A stretch of 64,000 bases of DNA from Candidatus Bathyarchaeia archaeon (GCA_038883335.1 JAVZMI010000006.1:16811-80810); one strand, 5' to 3'; counted from the stretch's first letter, positions 51,067 through 60,188 are shown. Program-made: numbers and translations. Notes: generated from the sequence alone by a model not told the origin.

Positions 51067-51441
51067 ATGGGAAGACTGCTTTCAAATTTTTCCTCACTGG
51101 ACGGAGGCCGCTGGAGCATGGAAGGACTAAGACAGAAAAGGTTCAATGGGCTTCTGCGTGAGGCGATCGACGAAGGCTTGGTAAGCACTCTTGGAGAATC
51201 CGCAGCCAAGGCAGTATACTACCATCTGCAGAAGAATTTCGCATTCAAGAATGGAGGCACCCCAGATCCCGAAGCCTTTGCTGAAGGTTTAGAGCACCTA
51301 TTCGGCTATGGGGCAAAGTTCCTTGAAAAGGCAATCTTAAAGAAGCTTTACTCGAAGGCGGGAATAAACTTTGAGGAGAAGGAAAACTACACATTTACCG
51401 ATTACGTGAATGCCGCCAAGAAAAAGTTAGCTGGACATTGA
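51067..51441 (+). CDS. Small helical hypothetical protein downstream of the KaiC-like gene
   Basis: 124-aa ORF, co-directional, 33 nt after the KaiC-like stop. No recognisable motif. Confidence 0.4.
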   Translation: MGRLLSNFSSLDGGRWSMEGLRQKRFNGLLREAIDEGLVSTLGESAAKAVYYHLQKNFAFKNGGTPDPEAFAEGLEHLFGYGAKFLEKAILKKLYSKAGINFEEKENYTFTDYVNAAKKKLAGH

Positions 51442-51501
51442 ACCTAAGAAGGGTAGCACTCTTAAGTTCTGATACGCGTGTCTGATCGAATAAAAAGATA
51501 C

Positions 51502-52227
51502 TCACCCTCTAAACTTTTGAAGTCTCCCCAAAAGCTCTTTATCGCCCTCAATATCTCCGGCGCATGTCGCAATCACACCATCCACGAGACCTTCCAGCTT
51601 ACCAGCATACTCTTCCACATGATCCATAGTTGCAGTGATCGGCCACCCGATCATCTTCACGGTCTCCGAATTTCTAGGCGTCCCAACTACAAAATAAGAA
51701 TAAACTGGCTTGTTTAAACGCCTACACTCTCTAGCCACCTCCCCCAAGAGCGGGAGAGATTTATCATCGAGCCTCATAAAGAAGATAAAGTCCCACGCAT
51801 CCCTAACCCGGCAAAGTGTATCATCTAAAGACCGTCGTGCTGTAAGTAAACATCCTAGTTTCAAATTTTTTAAACGTATTTGTGAACGTAGGAAATCTCG
51901 AGCCTCCTCAGAAGACTTAAACATCTTTATGGGCTCCCCATACTTGGGAACATCGCCCATGGTAATTGCAAGCCCGTCAAGACCTACCGCATCAGCCGCT
52001 AAAGCCAAACTTCCAACTTCAACTGGACCTTTATAGTGCAGTATGAATATTGGTATTATCATCTTATCAGGATATTTGACCTTGAGTAAACAACTTACGG
52101 CTGTGCCACTAGGCGCTGGAATTCCAGCGGCACCGTCAGTAACATTCCACCCATCAACCAAATCCTTAGTATCTTCAGCGAGTTTCAGGAATTTACGTGT
52201 GGGAACGAACTCGTGTAAGATTTTCAT
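51502..52227 (-). CDS. Hypothetical protein with a weak resemblance to the methylene-tetrahydrofolate reductase (MetF-like) TIM-barrel family
   Basis: 241 aa. HEFVPTR...WNVTDGAAG...LAADAVGLDGLAITMGDVPKYG loosely follows the MTHFR 'E..PP...vTd.....Gi..lL.l.GD.P' layout. This is a low-confidence functional guess. Confidence 0.35.
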   Translation of the reverse strand: MKILHEFVPTRKFLKLAEDTKDLVDGWNVTDGAAGIPAPSGTAVSCLLKVKYPDKMIIPIFILHYKGPVEVGSLALAADAVGLDGLAITMGDVPKYGEPIKMFKSSEEARDFLRSQIRLKNLKLGCLLTARRSLDDTLCRVRDAWDFIFFMRLDDKSLPLLGEVARECRRLNKPVYSYFVVGTPRNSETVKMIGWPITATMDHVEEYAGKLEGLVDGVIATCAGDIEGDKELLGRLQKFRG

Positions 52228-52337
52228 CGAGACACCACCTCAACCAAGAGAATCAAAATATTTTGAGAACCCTACCTATTAGCCTTTCGCCATGAATACT
52301 CCCGTGGTAAAGAAGGGATTGGAAGCAAATGTTCCCC

Positions 52338-52877
52338 TCACCAGTGTTCGCGGTGGAGGATCATTGTGAGGGGCTTTCTATCAGTGACTTCACCCTTCTC
52401 CTCGTCGGGGTAGCCCAGCGGAGTCATGGCCACCACTCGTATGTTAGACGGTATGCCTAATATTTCCTTTACGAGGGATTCCTTAAAGTCAGCGACCCAG
52501 CAGGTCCCCAACCCCTCTTCAGTGGCTGCGAGAATCATATTTTGCAGAGCTATCGCCGCATCCACCTTCCAGTACTCCTCCCCATCCGCACGAACCCATG
52601 CCACCTCCGGGTCGGCGCACACCACTAGGATGACTGGGGCGCTGACGAACCAATCCTTAGCATAACTGTGATACAGCCTCCCCCTCGTCGCCGGATCGGT
52701 CACCACAACAAGATGCCAGGGTTGCCTGTTGCGGGCTGAAGGAGCCAGCCTCCCAGCCTCCAAAATCCGCATGAGCTTCTCCCCCTCCACAGGTTGAGGT
52801 TTATACTTTCTTATACTCCGCCTTAATCGGATTGCCTTTGAAACATCCATACTAACCCCTCTCGAGCGAGAGACCAC
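52338..52877 (-). CDS. Nitroreductase-family flavoprotein
   Basis: AIRLRRSIRKYKPQPVEGEKLMRILEAGRLAPSARNRQPWHLVVV. Confidence 0.8.
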   Translation of the reverse strand: MVSRSRGVSMDVSKAIRLRRSIRKYKPQPVEGEKLMRILEAGRLAPSARNRQPWHLVVVTDPATRGRLYHSYAKDWFVSAPVILVVCADPEVAWVRADGEEYWKVDAAIALQNMILAATEEGLGTCWVADFKESLVKEILGIPSNIRVVAMTPLGYPDEEKGEVTDRKPLTMILHREHW

Positions 52878-52940
52878 ACTAAACGTTTAACACCTACGGC
52901 AACATTTAATTGATTATTTGCCCAGTTTGGGCAAGTCAAC

Positions 52941-53291
52941 CTATGCCCCCCCAGACCCCTTCGCCTCCTCAGAAAGCTTCCTCAACACTTCACCCATAAA
53001 CTTCTTACCTCCCTCCAGCACCCAGCGGCCCCTATCAGTTATCTCATAGTAGACCCTGCTCGGCTTAGTTGAAAGGGGTTTGCCTTCTCTCTTCCTAATC
53101 AACCCCTCCCTTGCCATCTTGTAAAGTACGACGTACGTTGTGACCGTAGCTACCTGTATCTCATATTTCACTTTAAGCGCTCTAGCCAGCTCATAAGCGT
53201 ACATAGGCTGTCTCACAAGTTCTGTAAGTATGTAGAGCCAGAGGTTCTCCTTCGTGAGTTTCGCCACAAACCTATTGTAAGTCATAGCCAC
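52941..53291 (-). CDS. PadR-family transcriptional regulator
   Basis: 116 aa. LYILTELVRQPMYAYELARALK...VTTYVVLYKMAREGLI...YYEITDRG. Confidence 0.8.
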   Translation of the reverse strand: MAMTYNRFVAKLTKENLWLYILTELVRQPMYAYELARALKVKYEIQVATVTTYVVLYKMAREGLIRKREGKPLSTKPSRVYYEITDRGRWVLEGGKKFMGEVLRKLSEEAKGSGGA

Positions 53292-53295
53292 CAGC

Positions 53296-54159
53296 TTACC
53301 TATTTAGCGCGCGATGTGAAATCAGAGCGCCCGCCACTATGAAAAGAACCGTATAGGCGACTAGAACTGCAAAGTTCACGGTGAGACTCATCAAAGTCGC
53401 GGGATCCATAAATTCGCTCAGGATGAAAGTACGCACATTATCAACCGCGTAGGTGATTGGGTTGAAGGCAGCTATCATCTGAAGCCAAGCTGGCATCTGT
53501 CTTACTGGGAGGAGGGCACTACTAGCGAACATGAGAGGCAGGTTAAGGAGGTTTGATATGGCGATCACGGTCTCATGGCTCGTTATCATGGTAGCTATTC
53601 CCACAAAGAGGGCTGAGAGCCCTAGACCCAATAAAATGAGCACCGAAATTATGCCTAAGAGGTTTAGGGCGCCGAAGTTACTGCTCACCTTAAGTCCACC
53701 TGCAAACGCCACCGATAGTAGTATAATGGACTGAATAGCTCCCTTCGTCAAGCTGGCTAAGACCTTTGACATAAAGATAGAGCTTCGAGGTATGGGCGCT
53801 ACAAGAAACTTGTTGAGGTAACCCAGCCTCCTATCCCAGACTACACTCATCCCACTGAACATAGAGGTGAACATGATGATTATGACCAGCATCCCTCCAG
53901 CCATGAATGTGAAGTAATCCGCGGTTCCAAACAGAGAGACAACCGCACCCTCCAGAGTTCGTTGGAGTTCAGCCGCTACAGCCGCGGGGAGACCAGCCAG
54001 AGAGTCGGGGGGAATTGTTATCATCTTGGAGAGGTTCATAGCTCTACCGAAGAGCAGGAGCCAAATTATAGGTTGGAAGAGGGTTGTGAAGATTAAGAGG
54101 GGGGTCCTATACCATTTCTTGAGTTCCCTGCTAGTCAGGGCGAGAGTTCCCTCCATCAC
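53296..54159 (-). CDS. ABC-2-type transporter permease
   Basis: 287 aa, about 6 TM segments, 4-nt overlap with the upstream ATPase gene. Confidence 0.8.
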   Translation of the reverse strand: MMEGTLALTSRELKKWYRTPLLIFTTLFQPIIWLLLFGRAMNLSKMITIPPDSLAGLPAAVAAELQRTLEGAVVSLFGTADYFTFMAGGMLVIIIMFTSMFSGMSVVWDRRLGYLNKFLVAPIPRSSIFMSKVLASLTKGAIQSIILLSVAFAGGLKVSSNFGALNLLGIISVLILLGLGLSALFVGIATMITSHETVIAISNLLNLPLMFASSALLPVRQMPAWLQMIAAFNPITYAVDNVRTFILSEFMDPATLMSLTVNFAVLVAYTVLFIVAGALISHRALNR

Positions 54160-55196
54160 GATGCCCTAAGCCTCCTCATCACAAACCTCGTCCTAAAGAA
54201 GTCCTCTGCCCCCTGCTGCTCATCCCGAAGCGATCTACCTGTATACTCCAAGAACACCTGGTCTAAGCTTGGTTTCACAAGCGAAACACGCTTCACCTGA
54301 ACCCCTGCGCCGAGCAACTTCCCCAGTATAAGGGGTAGAGCCTCCTCACCTCTGCTAACCTTAACTCTATAGACGCCACCTACTTTTTTTACCTCGTGAA
54401 CGTTGATAATCTCAGCAAAGGATACCGAAATCTCAGGGCGATCATCCGCTAAGCCTACCTCGATAACATCCCCGCCGAGGCTGTCCTTCAGTTCGCTGGG
54501 GGTCCCCGCTTTTACAATCTGCCCATGGTCTATTATTGCTATCCTGTCGCAGAGTTGATCTGCCTCATCCATATAGTGAGTAGTTAAGAAGATAGTGATC
54601 CCCTCCTCACGGTTGAGCTTGTGGATGTAATCCCAGATTATTGCACGGGTTTGGACGTCAAGCCCCAAAGTTGGCTCGTCAAGAAAGAGAAGCCTAGGGC
54701 GATGTATTAGGCCACCTATGAGCTCAAGGCGTTTCCGCATACCACCGGAATACGTCTTGACAACCCTTCTAGCAAAGTCCCTCAAGCCGACCAAGTCTAG
54801 AAGCTCATTTATCCGCGCCTCAGCCTCTCTTCCAGAAAGCCTATACAGTTTCGCTTGAAGCATTAGGTTGTCGACGCCAGTCAGGTCGTCGTCGACTGTA
54901 AGTTCCTGAGGAACTAAACCTATTAGAGACCTAACTTTTTCAGGGTGCGATCTAACGTCAACCCCGCAAACAGATGCTCTGCCCTCAGTTGGCTTGGTAA
55001 GGGTGGTTAGCATCTTAATGGTAGTAGTCTTACCTGCACCGTTAGGCCCTAGAAACCCGAAGACCTCCCCATCCTCGACGCTGAAAGATATGTGATTCAC
55101 TGCAAAGTGGGTCTTATTATAGATCTTAGTCAGACCCTCAGCCTCTATGACCCTCAGCCTCTGCCACACTCCAACCAGTGAAAGCCACTCGTGCAA
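54156..55196 (-). CDS. ABC transporter ATP-binding protein (DrrA/ABC-2 exporter type)
   Basis: Walker A is GPNGAGKTT. Signature is YSGGMRKRL. Walker B is LLFLDEPT. H-loop is TTHYMDEA. Confidence 0.85.
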   Translation of the reverse strand: MHEWLSLVGVWQRLRVIEAEGLTKIYNKTHFAVNHISFSVEDGEVFGFLGPNGAGKTTTIKMLTTLTKPTEGRASVCGVDVRSHPEKVRSLIGLVPQELTVDDDLTGVDNLMLQAKLYRLSGREAEARINELLDLVGLRDFARRVVKTYSGGMRKRLELIGGLIHRPRLLFLDEPTLGLDVQTRAIIWDYIHKLNREEGITIFLTTHYMDEADQLCDRIAIIDHGQIVKAGTPSELKDSLGGDVIEVGLADDRPEISVSFAEIINVHEVKKVGGVYRVKVSRGEEALPLILGKLLGAGVQVKRVSLVKPSLDQVFLEYTGRSLRDEQQGAEDFFRTRFVMRRLRAS

Positions 55197-55596
55197 GCTT
55201 TAAATGTAATACCCGGCATACCGCCGAGCCGCTCTAAAGTGAACGATACAGCGAGACACCTAAACATCAGCTTAGTTCTTTGAGAGACCACGTCTCACAC
55301 AAGCTTTTCGGCTGTTTCTGTTTTTCTGTTGGGTAAAGATCATTTTGCCTATAGATAAATGATTACGAGACACAGACTACAGCATACTGGGGACAGCTAT
55401 ACAACAAACCTTTTTATTGATGGAGCTCAAATTTTTAGTTCGGGCTGTGACGAGTCTGGCCCGGCTGAACTGGTAATGATGTAGATCTTGAGTTCCGAGC
55501 CCTCCATAACTATTAGCCTCGACGCAGCGCCCTAAACTCAGGATGACCACGCGGCCACTAGGATCGATACTTATTTATCCTTCCGACGGTTAAAAG

Positions 55597-58479
55597 ATGT
55601 GCAGGTCCTCTCTCATGGCCTCAACTGCGAAGAATTATTCACTCCACCTTGTAGGCTTGGGTGGGGCAGGTAGCAACATCTTAGAAGCGTTCTTTAAAAG
55701 TTCTAAGATCTTCCAATTTTTACAGCTCAGAGGCGTCAAACTTACGTGCTTAGCGCTGGATGTCGCTGATCATGATATCCTGCGGCTTATTCAAGCTTAT
55801 GAGGAGTTTAAAGAAGAATTACGGGTGCGCCACATCCCGGCTGATAAGGCCTACCTTAATGCGCGGTCAGTTAAATTTCCTACGCCACAAGCTATGTTCG
55901 AGTATATACAGAAGCTTCCAGAGTACATTAAACTCGAGGGTGGAAATCCGCCGGAGAACTACAAGCCATGGCTCTCCTCAGCAGTAGAGATCCCTCCTCT
56001 GTCTGGGGGTGTAGCTAGGAGGAGAGCCCTCGCTAAAGCCATCTACGGTCTCAACTACCACTATCTTCGGCTATTGGACAGCTACATTGAGAACTTCAAA
56101 GAGAATGTATCGTCTTCTATTCTTCAGCCTCTCATCTTTGTGTTCTTTGGAGTGGGGGGTGGCAGTGGTAGCGGAATGGTAATGGACTTTGTCCGCCACC
56201 TCCGAAAGAAGATAGGGACAGGCTTTCCCATAATAGGGGTGGGAATACTGCCCTGTCAGGGCGATGACCACAGAGCGAAGGGCGCCTCTGCATATGCTGC
56301 CATAAACGAGTTAGAACTACTTATAGAGGGAGGCAAGAATAAGATAATCAGGGAGACCTACGGGGAGACTTATGGAAATCCTTTCACAGCCTTTCTAATG
56401 ATGCCTCTAGCTCCGCCCTACAAGAAGACTGGCAACCTCCTTGAGGCTCAAAGGTTTTTCGACGAGGCAGTAGTAGACATTGTGCTGAACACGATGAAGT
56501 TTGACATGGCTGACATGTTAGATGGAATTGGGGCGAACCTAGATTATGGCGAGAATGCCATTCACATCATGACCACGCTACGTGTAACCTATCCAATCCT
56601 CGAGCATATAGCCCTAGCTAAACTCTACCTAGAGAAACTGTCCAAGCTCAAGGTCTTGAGAAGGGAGCGCATGGAGATATTAGCTGGCTCTGAGGAGAAG
56701 GGATTCGGCGGGCTTGAGCAACTCATAAACCTATGTTACGCGGAGTTAGCTGAGATCTTCTGGCGGCTACAGCGTTCGAGGGGGGCATACGATCCAGCTA
56801 AGAAGGATGAGAGTATAAGAGGTTTCATCTACAGCGACAAATCCGTTGAATCCAATTATAGAATTCAAATACGGGGGCTGGAGGAAGCTATTCGAGACTC
56901 AGTGGACGAGATTGTAACACCAGTACTCGCTATAGGTTTAGAGGCACCTGAGGCGACGCCTGAGGCTAGGTTGAGGACGCACATCAGCCAGATAATAGAT
57001 CACACGCGGCATGTAGCTTCAACATACCTAACTTTCCATGAAGATATTTCAAACCTCATAAACGAATTAAATAGTAACGTTACGGCTACTCAACGTTTAA
57101 CCTTCAGAGAAAGGACACAGTTAAACGATTTCCTAGAGTTTGTGAAGTTCATAGAAAAATACATCTCAGTGCTTAAGAGATATGTAGAGACAAAGGTTCT
57201 CGCCGACAAGTTGGTGACAGAGCTTAGGACAGGTGAAGCCGCCGAGTGGAAGGATCAGCTTGGGAACATCGCCGAGAAAATCGCCAATGTAGAACTTAAA
57301 CTCATATTCAACACGCTGACCGGACTCTTCAGGTCGGGCAAGGCTGAAATTTCAACTATAGAATCCTACAGTAAGGAAGTTTCCAGTTTGACGAAGACGC
57401 TGAGAGAAGACCTCTCACAGACGGCAACGCTGAGGGATCAACTAGCAGCGGAGATTAAAAACTCTGAGGAGGAGATTGAAACCTCTTTAAAGGAGGCTGA
57501 GAGGTTCAGCGTCAGAGTATTTCGCCCTAGCAAAGGGAAGAAGCTGAAAGAGAAGGCCGCCTCTCTGCAGAAGGAAGTCGAAGATAAGAAGACAAGCCTC
57601 CAAGAAGTAGCGACCTATATCTCGAGTGTTGAGGGGAGGGTGAAAGAGTACACAATAATTGAGAGAAGGGTTGACATCGACTCGGATTACCGTAGACTGT
57701 TGATGAACATAGTCGACATCGACAACCAATACTACGAGAAACTGTCAGAGGTTAGCAGGGATCGAGGATACTATGATAGAGTAATGGACATAACAGAGGG
57801 AGAGAAGTTACGGATAATGAGCAAGATTCTACAGGAAGAAGAGTATGCCCTGACGAGGGAGAACATACTCAAAGAGATAATCGACCTTAAACGGTTTAGA
57901 GAGTGCCTCATCGGCGCTATAAGAGTTCTCCAGGTTCCAAGTAGCATAGGCGTCGAGAGCAGCTACAAGAGCGACTACATGTGGGTGACCGTGGTTGCTC
58001 CTGAAGGGATATGGGATCCCGAGTTGGATGCAGAACTCAAAGCTACACTAGCCGGGTACCTCTCAACTGGCGCAGCAAGAAGCATACACGTGTCGCATGT
58101 AGAGGCTGAAGATCCATGGACGATAAGAATACTCTTGGTCGCAGGTAAGGCTAGCAAGAAGGATCTGGACTTGTACTTGGAGATGAAGTCACTGTACGAG
58201 CAGGCTTCTTACAGCGACAAGATTCTAGCACACTCTCTACTCTTAGAGCACGGCATACTCGCAGCTGAGGCCCCAGTATATATCCCTCAGCAACGTTTGG
58301 CGAGCAAACCAGTTGGCACACCCTCGATCTCTGTATGCCCAAACTGCAAGAGCACAAATACGTCCATGCTCAAGGAGTGGAATATGTCAACTAAGAGTGG
58401 TAAAGGCCTACCTTTACATGTTGCATTATATAACTGTAGCGAGTGCAATAAAAAGTTCAGAGTCGTTACAAAGGTTTAG
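55597..58479 (+). CDS. 960-aa tubulin/FtsZ-superfamily GTPase-like protein fused to a long helical region, a globular domain and a C-terminal zinc ribbon
   Basis: Motifs seen: VGLGGAGSN (aa 19-27, T1-like), SGGVARRRALAKA (T3-like), GVGGGSGSG (aa 185-193, nt 56149..56175, T4 signature-like), LPCQGDDHRAKGASAYAAINEL (T5/H5-like), NTMKFDMADM (aa 298-307, T7-like). Then about 430 aa of charged helical sequence, followed by CPNC-x29-CSEC at the C-terminus. Confidence 0.7.
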   Translation: MCRSSLMASTAKNYSLHLVGLGGAGSNILEAFFKSSKIFQFLQLRGVKLTCLALDVADHDILRLIQAYEEFKEELRVRHIPADKAYLNARSVKFPTPQAMFEYIQKLPEYIKLEGGNPPENYKPWLSSAVEIPPLSGGVARRRALAKAIYGLNYHYLRLLDSYIENFKENVSSSILQPLIFVFFGVGGGSGSGMVMDFVRHLRKKIGTGFPIIGVGILPCQGDDHRAKGASAYAAINELELLIEGGKNKIIRETYGETYGNPFTAFLMMPLAPPYKKTGNLLEAQRFFDEAVVDIVLNTMKFDMADMLDGIGANLDYGENAIHIMTTLRVTYPILEHIALAKLYLEKLSKLKVLRRERMEILAGSEEKGFGGLEQLINLCYAELAEIFWRLQRSRGAYDPAKKDESIRGFIYSDKSVESNYRIQIRGLEEAIRDSVDEIVTPVLAIGLEAPEATPEARLRTHISQIIDHTRHVASTYLTFHEDISNLINELNSNVTATQRLTFRERTQLNDFLEFVKFIEKYISVLKRYVETKVLADKLVTELRTGEAAEWKDQLGNIAEKIANVELKLIFNTLTGLFRSGKAEISTIESYSKEVSSLTKTLREDLSQTATLRDQLAAEIKNSEEEIETSLKEAERFSVRVFRPSKGKKLKEKAASLQKEVEDKKTSLQEVATYISSVEGRVKEYTIIERRVDIDSDYRRLLMNIVDIDNQYYEKLSEVSRDRGYYDRVMDITEGEKLRIMSKILQEEEYALTRENILKEIIDLKRFRECLIGAIRVLQVPSSIGVESSYKSDYMWVTVVAPEGIWDPELDAELKATLAGYLSTGAARSIHVSHVEAEDPWTIRILLVAGKASKKDLDLYLEMKSLYEQASYSDKILAHSLLLEHGILAAEAPVYIPQQRLASKPVGTPSISVCPNCKSTNTSMLKEWNMSTKSGKGLPLHVALYNCSECNKKFRVVTKV

Positions 58480-58608
58480 TCCAGCTTTTTTCCTAGTTGC
58501 TAATTGAGCTATCGCGTCCTTAATAGTTTTACCCGCCTCTATAGTTTTTATCTTCAAAAGAAGACATAAACTAAGTAGCACAGTGAAAGTATTTTGAGGC
58601 GAGCAGAC

Positions 58609-59826
58609 ATGGTGGGCTCTATAGTGGAGGAGGAACTCTCAAAGGCTTCCATCATAAAAGATGAGGCAAAACTCTCCCTCGACTATGTGCCAACCCGCCT
58701 CCCCCACAGGGAAGAAGAGTTAAGGACATTGGTGCGTCTTTTCAGTTCGCTCGTTAAGACACCCGGCAAAATTGCTCCTAAGGTTATCATTCGCGGCAGC
58801 ATCGGAACTGGGAAGACTGCCCTCTCGAAACGGTTTGGAGAGGATTTCGAAAAATATGTGAGAAAAAGGGGCCTCAACCTTCGTTTTATTCATGTAAACT
58901 GCAGAGAGGAGGGAAGTTTCTTTAACATCTTGAAGGGCATAATCACCAACACCTTTGAGCACGGCTTTCCCCAAAGAGGCTACTCCTCACAGGAACTCTT
59001 AAACATCCTGCTAGAGGTCTTAGACCGCAATAGGGCTTACATCCTAATCGCCCTCGACGAATTGGAGGACTTGATAAGAAAGGAAGGCGCCGACCCGCTC
59101 TTCTGTCTCACCCGGGTCCAAGAGAGCAGACCGCCAAGTGCACAACAGAGAGTCTCTCTATTATGTATATTTAGGGACCCAGAGTGCGAAGAAGTTTACA
59201 GGCTGCTTGACAAGAGCACCCAGAGCACCCTAGGAGGAAACGTAGTCTTACTTGACAAGTACACCGTAGACCAGCTGAGGGATATTCTGGAGGACAGAGT
59301 CAAGGAGGCATTCCTAGAAGACACCGTACTCCCGGAGTCCTTAGAGTTAATCGCCGATCTGGCTGGCAAGCATGGCGATGCACGGTTTGCAATTGAACTC
59401 CTATGGCTGAGCGGGAAACTCGCCGATGCATCAAACACCTCTAAACTACTGCCTGAGCATGTGAGATACGCCCAGACACGAACTCACCCGACACTGAGGG
59501 TTGAGGACTTGAAACTCCTTAGACTACATGAGAAACTACTACTCCTCGCCGTAGCGAGGGGGTTAAGGAGCGAGGGAACAGCTTATCTAAGCTTCGGCTA
59601 CGTTAAGGAAAGCTACAGGTTGGTATGTGAAGAGTACAGAGAGAAGCCGCGGGCACATACACAAGTTTGGAAGTATATGAAGAGCCTTCAAGTGGCGGGT
59701 CTACTCTCGGCGAAGATCTCTGGGAAAGGTCAGAGAGGCAAGACTACCTTGATTGGCCTCTATGCTCCCTCTGAGAAGCTTGAGGAGACACTCTACAAAT
59801 TGTTGGAGGTTAAGAGGCATGGGTAG
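58609..59826 (+). CDS. orc1: Orc1/Cdc6 replication initiator
   Basis: Motifs seen: LSLDYVPTRLPHREEEL, Walker A GSIGTGKTA, Walker B ILIALDELE, sensor and C-terminal wHTH (LLLLAVARG...YMKSLQVAGLL). I take the ATG at 58609; the ORF track offers a TTG at 58594. Confidence 0.9.
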   Translation: MVGSIVEEELSKASIIKDEAKLSLDYVPTRLPHREEELRTLVRLFSSLVKTPGKIAPKVIIRGSIGTGKTALSKRFGEDFEKYVRKRGLNLRFIHVNCREEGSFFNILKGIITNTFEHGFPQRGYSSQELLNILLEVLDRNRAYILIALDELEDLIRKEGADPLFCLTRVQESRPPSAQQRVSLLCIFRDPECEEVYRLLDKSTQSTLGGNVVLLDKYTVDQLRDILEDRVKEAFLEDTVLPESLELIADLAGKHGDARFAIELLWLSGKLADASNTSKLLPEHVRYAQTRTHPTLRVEDLKLLRLHEKLLLLAVARGLRSEGTAYLSFGYVKESYRLVCEEYREKPRAHTQVWKYMKSLQVAGLLSAKISGKGQRGKTTLIGLYAPSEKLEETLYKLLEVKRHG

Positions 59827-60100
59827 TGGAGAGCTAAACCTTGAGGATGTCATTACCTCCAAGGGAAGGTTCAAGATCCTAAAACTTCTCGCAGAGGTTG
59901 GAGAGCTTAACATCACGGAGATTACGAGAAAAACCAATATCGCATACACTTCAGCTGAGAGACATCTCACACTTTTGAAGATGGCAGGTTTGGTTGAGGA
60001 GAAAGTCTTCGGGAAAAAAATAAGGATCTTCAGGTTTAAGGATGAGAACAGGAGATGCCGGTTGCTGAAACGTTTCTTCGAAGAATGCCAGTCACTATAA
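59819..60100 (+). CDS. Small ArsR-like winged-helix protein, translationally coupled to orc1
   Basis: MGSGELNLEDVITSKGRFKILKLLAEVGELNITEITRKTNIAYTSAERHLTLLKMAGLVEEKVFGK. Its ATG (59819) overlaps the orc1 stop (ATGGGTAG). Confidence 0.65.
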   Translation: MGSGELNLEDVITSKGRFKILKLLAEVGELNITEITRKTNIAYTSAERHLTLLKMAGLVEEKVFGKKIRIFRFKDENRRCRLLKRFFEECQSL

Positions 60101-60188
60101 ATGAGTAAGCCATCATCTACCTTAAATACTCATTAGCTGAACTCGGGCTGGAGGATTGGGAGTGTTAGCTCCAAAATGAGACCTCAAA

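Noticed and set aside
55470-55570. C/D-box sRNA candidate (AATGATGT ... CCGA ... GGATGAC).
   Set aside because: The box spacing is wrong: about 40 nt between the D'-like and C'-like boxes. No terminal CTGA D box follows the second guide region, and there is no terminal stem.
58480-58608. Possible replication origin (ORB repeats, AT-rich DUE) next to orc1/cdc6. I also checked 60101..60188.
   Set aside because: The intergenic regions are only ~130 and ~90 bp. I found no repeated ORB/mini-ORB elements or a marked AT-rich unwinding element, only a T-run (terminator-like) and a TATA-like box. An origin here cannot be supported from sequence alone.
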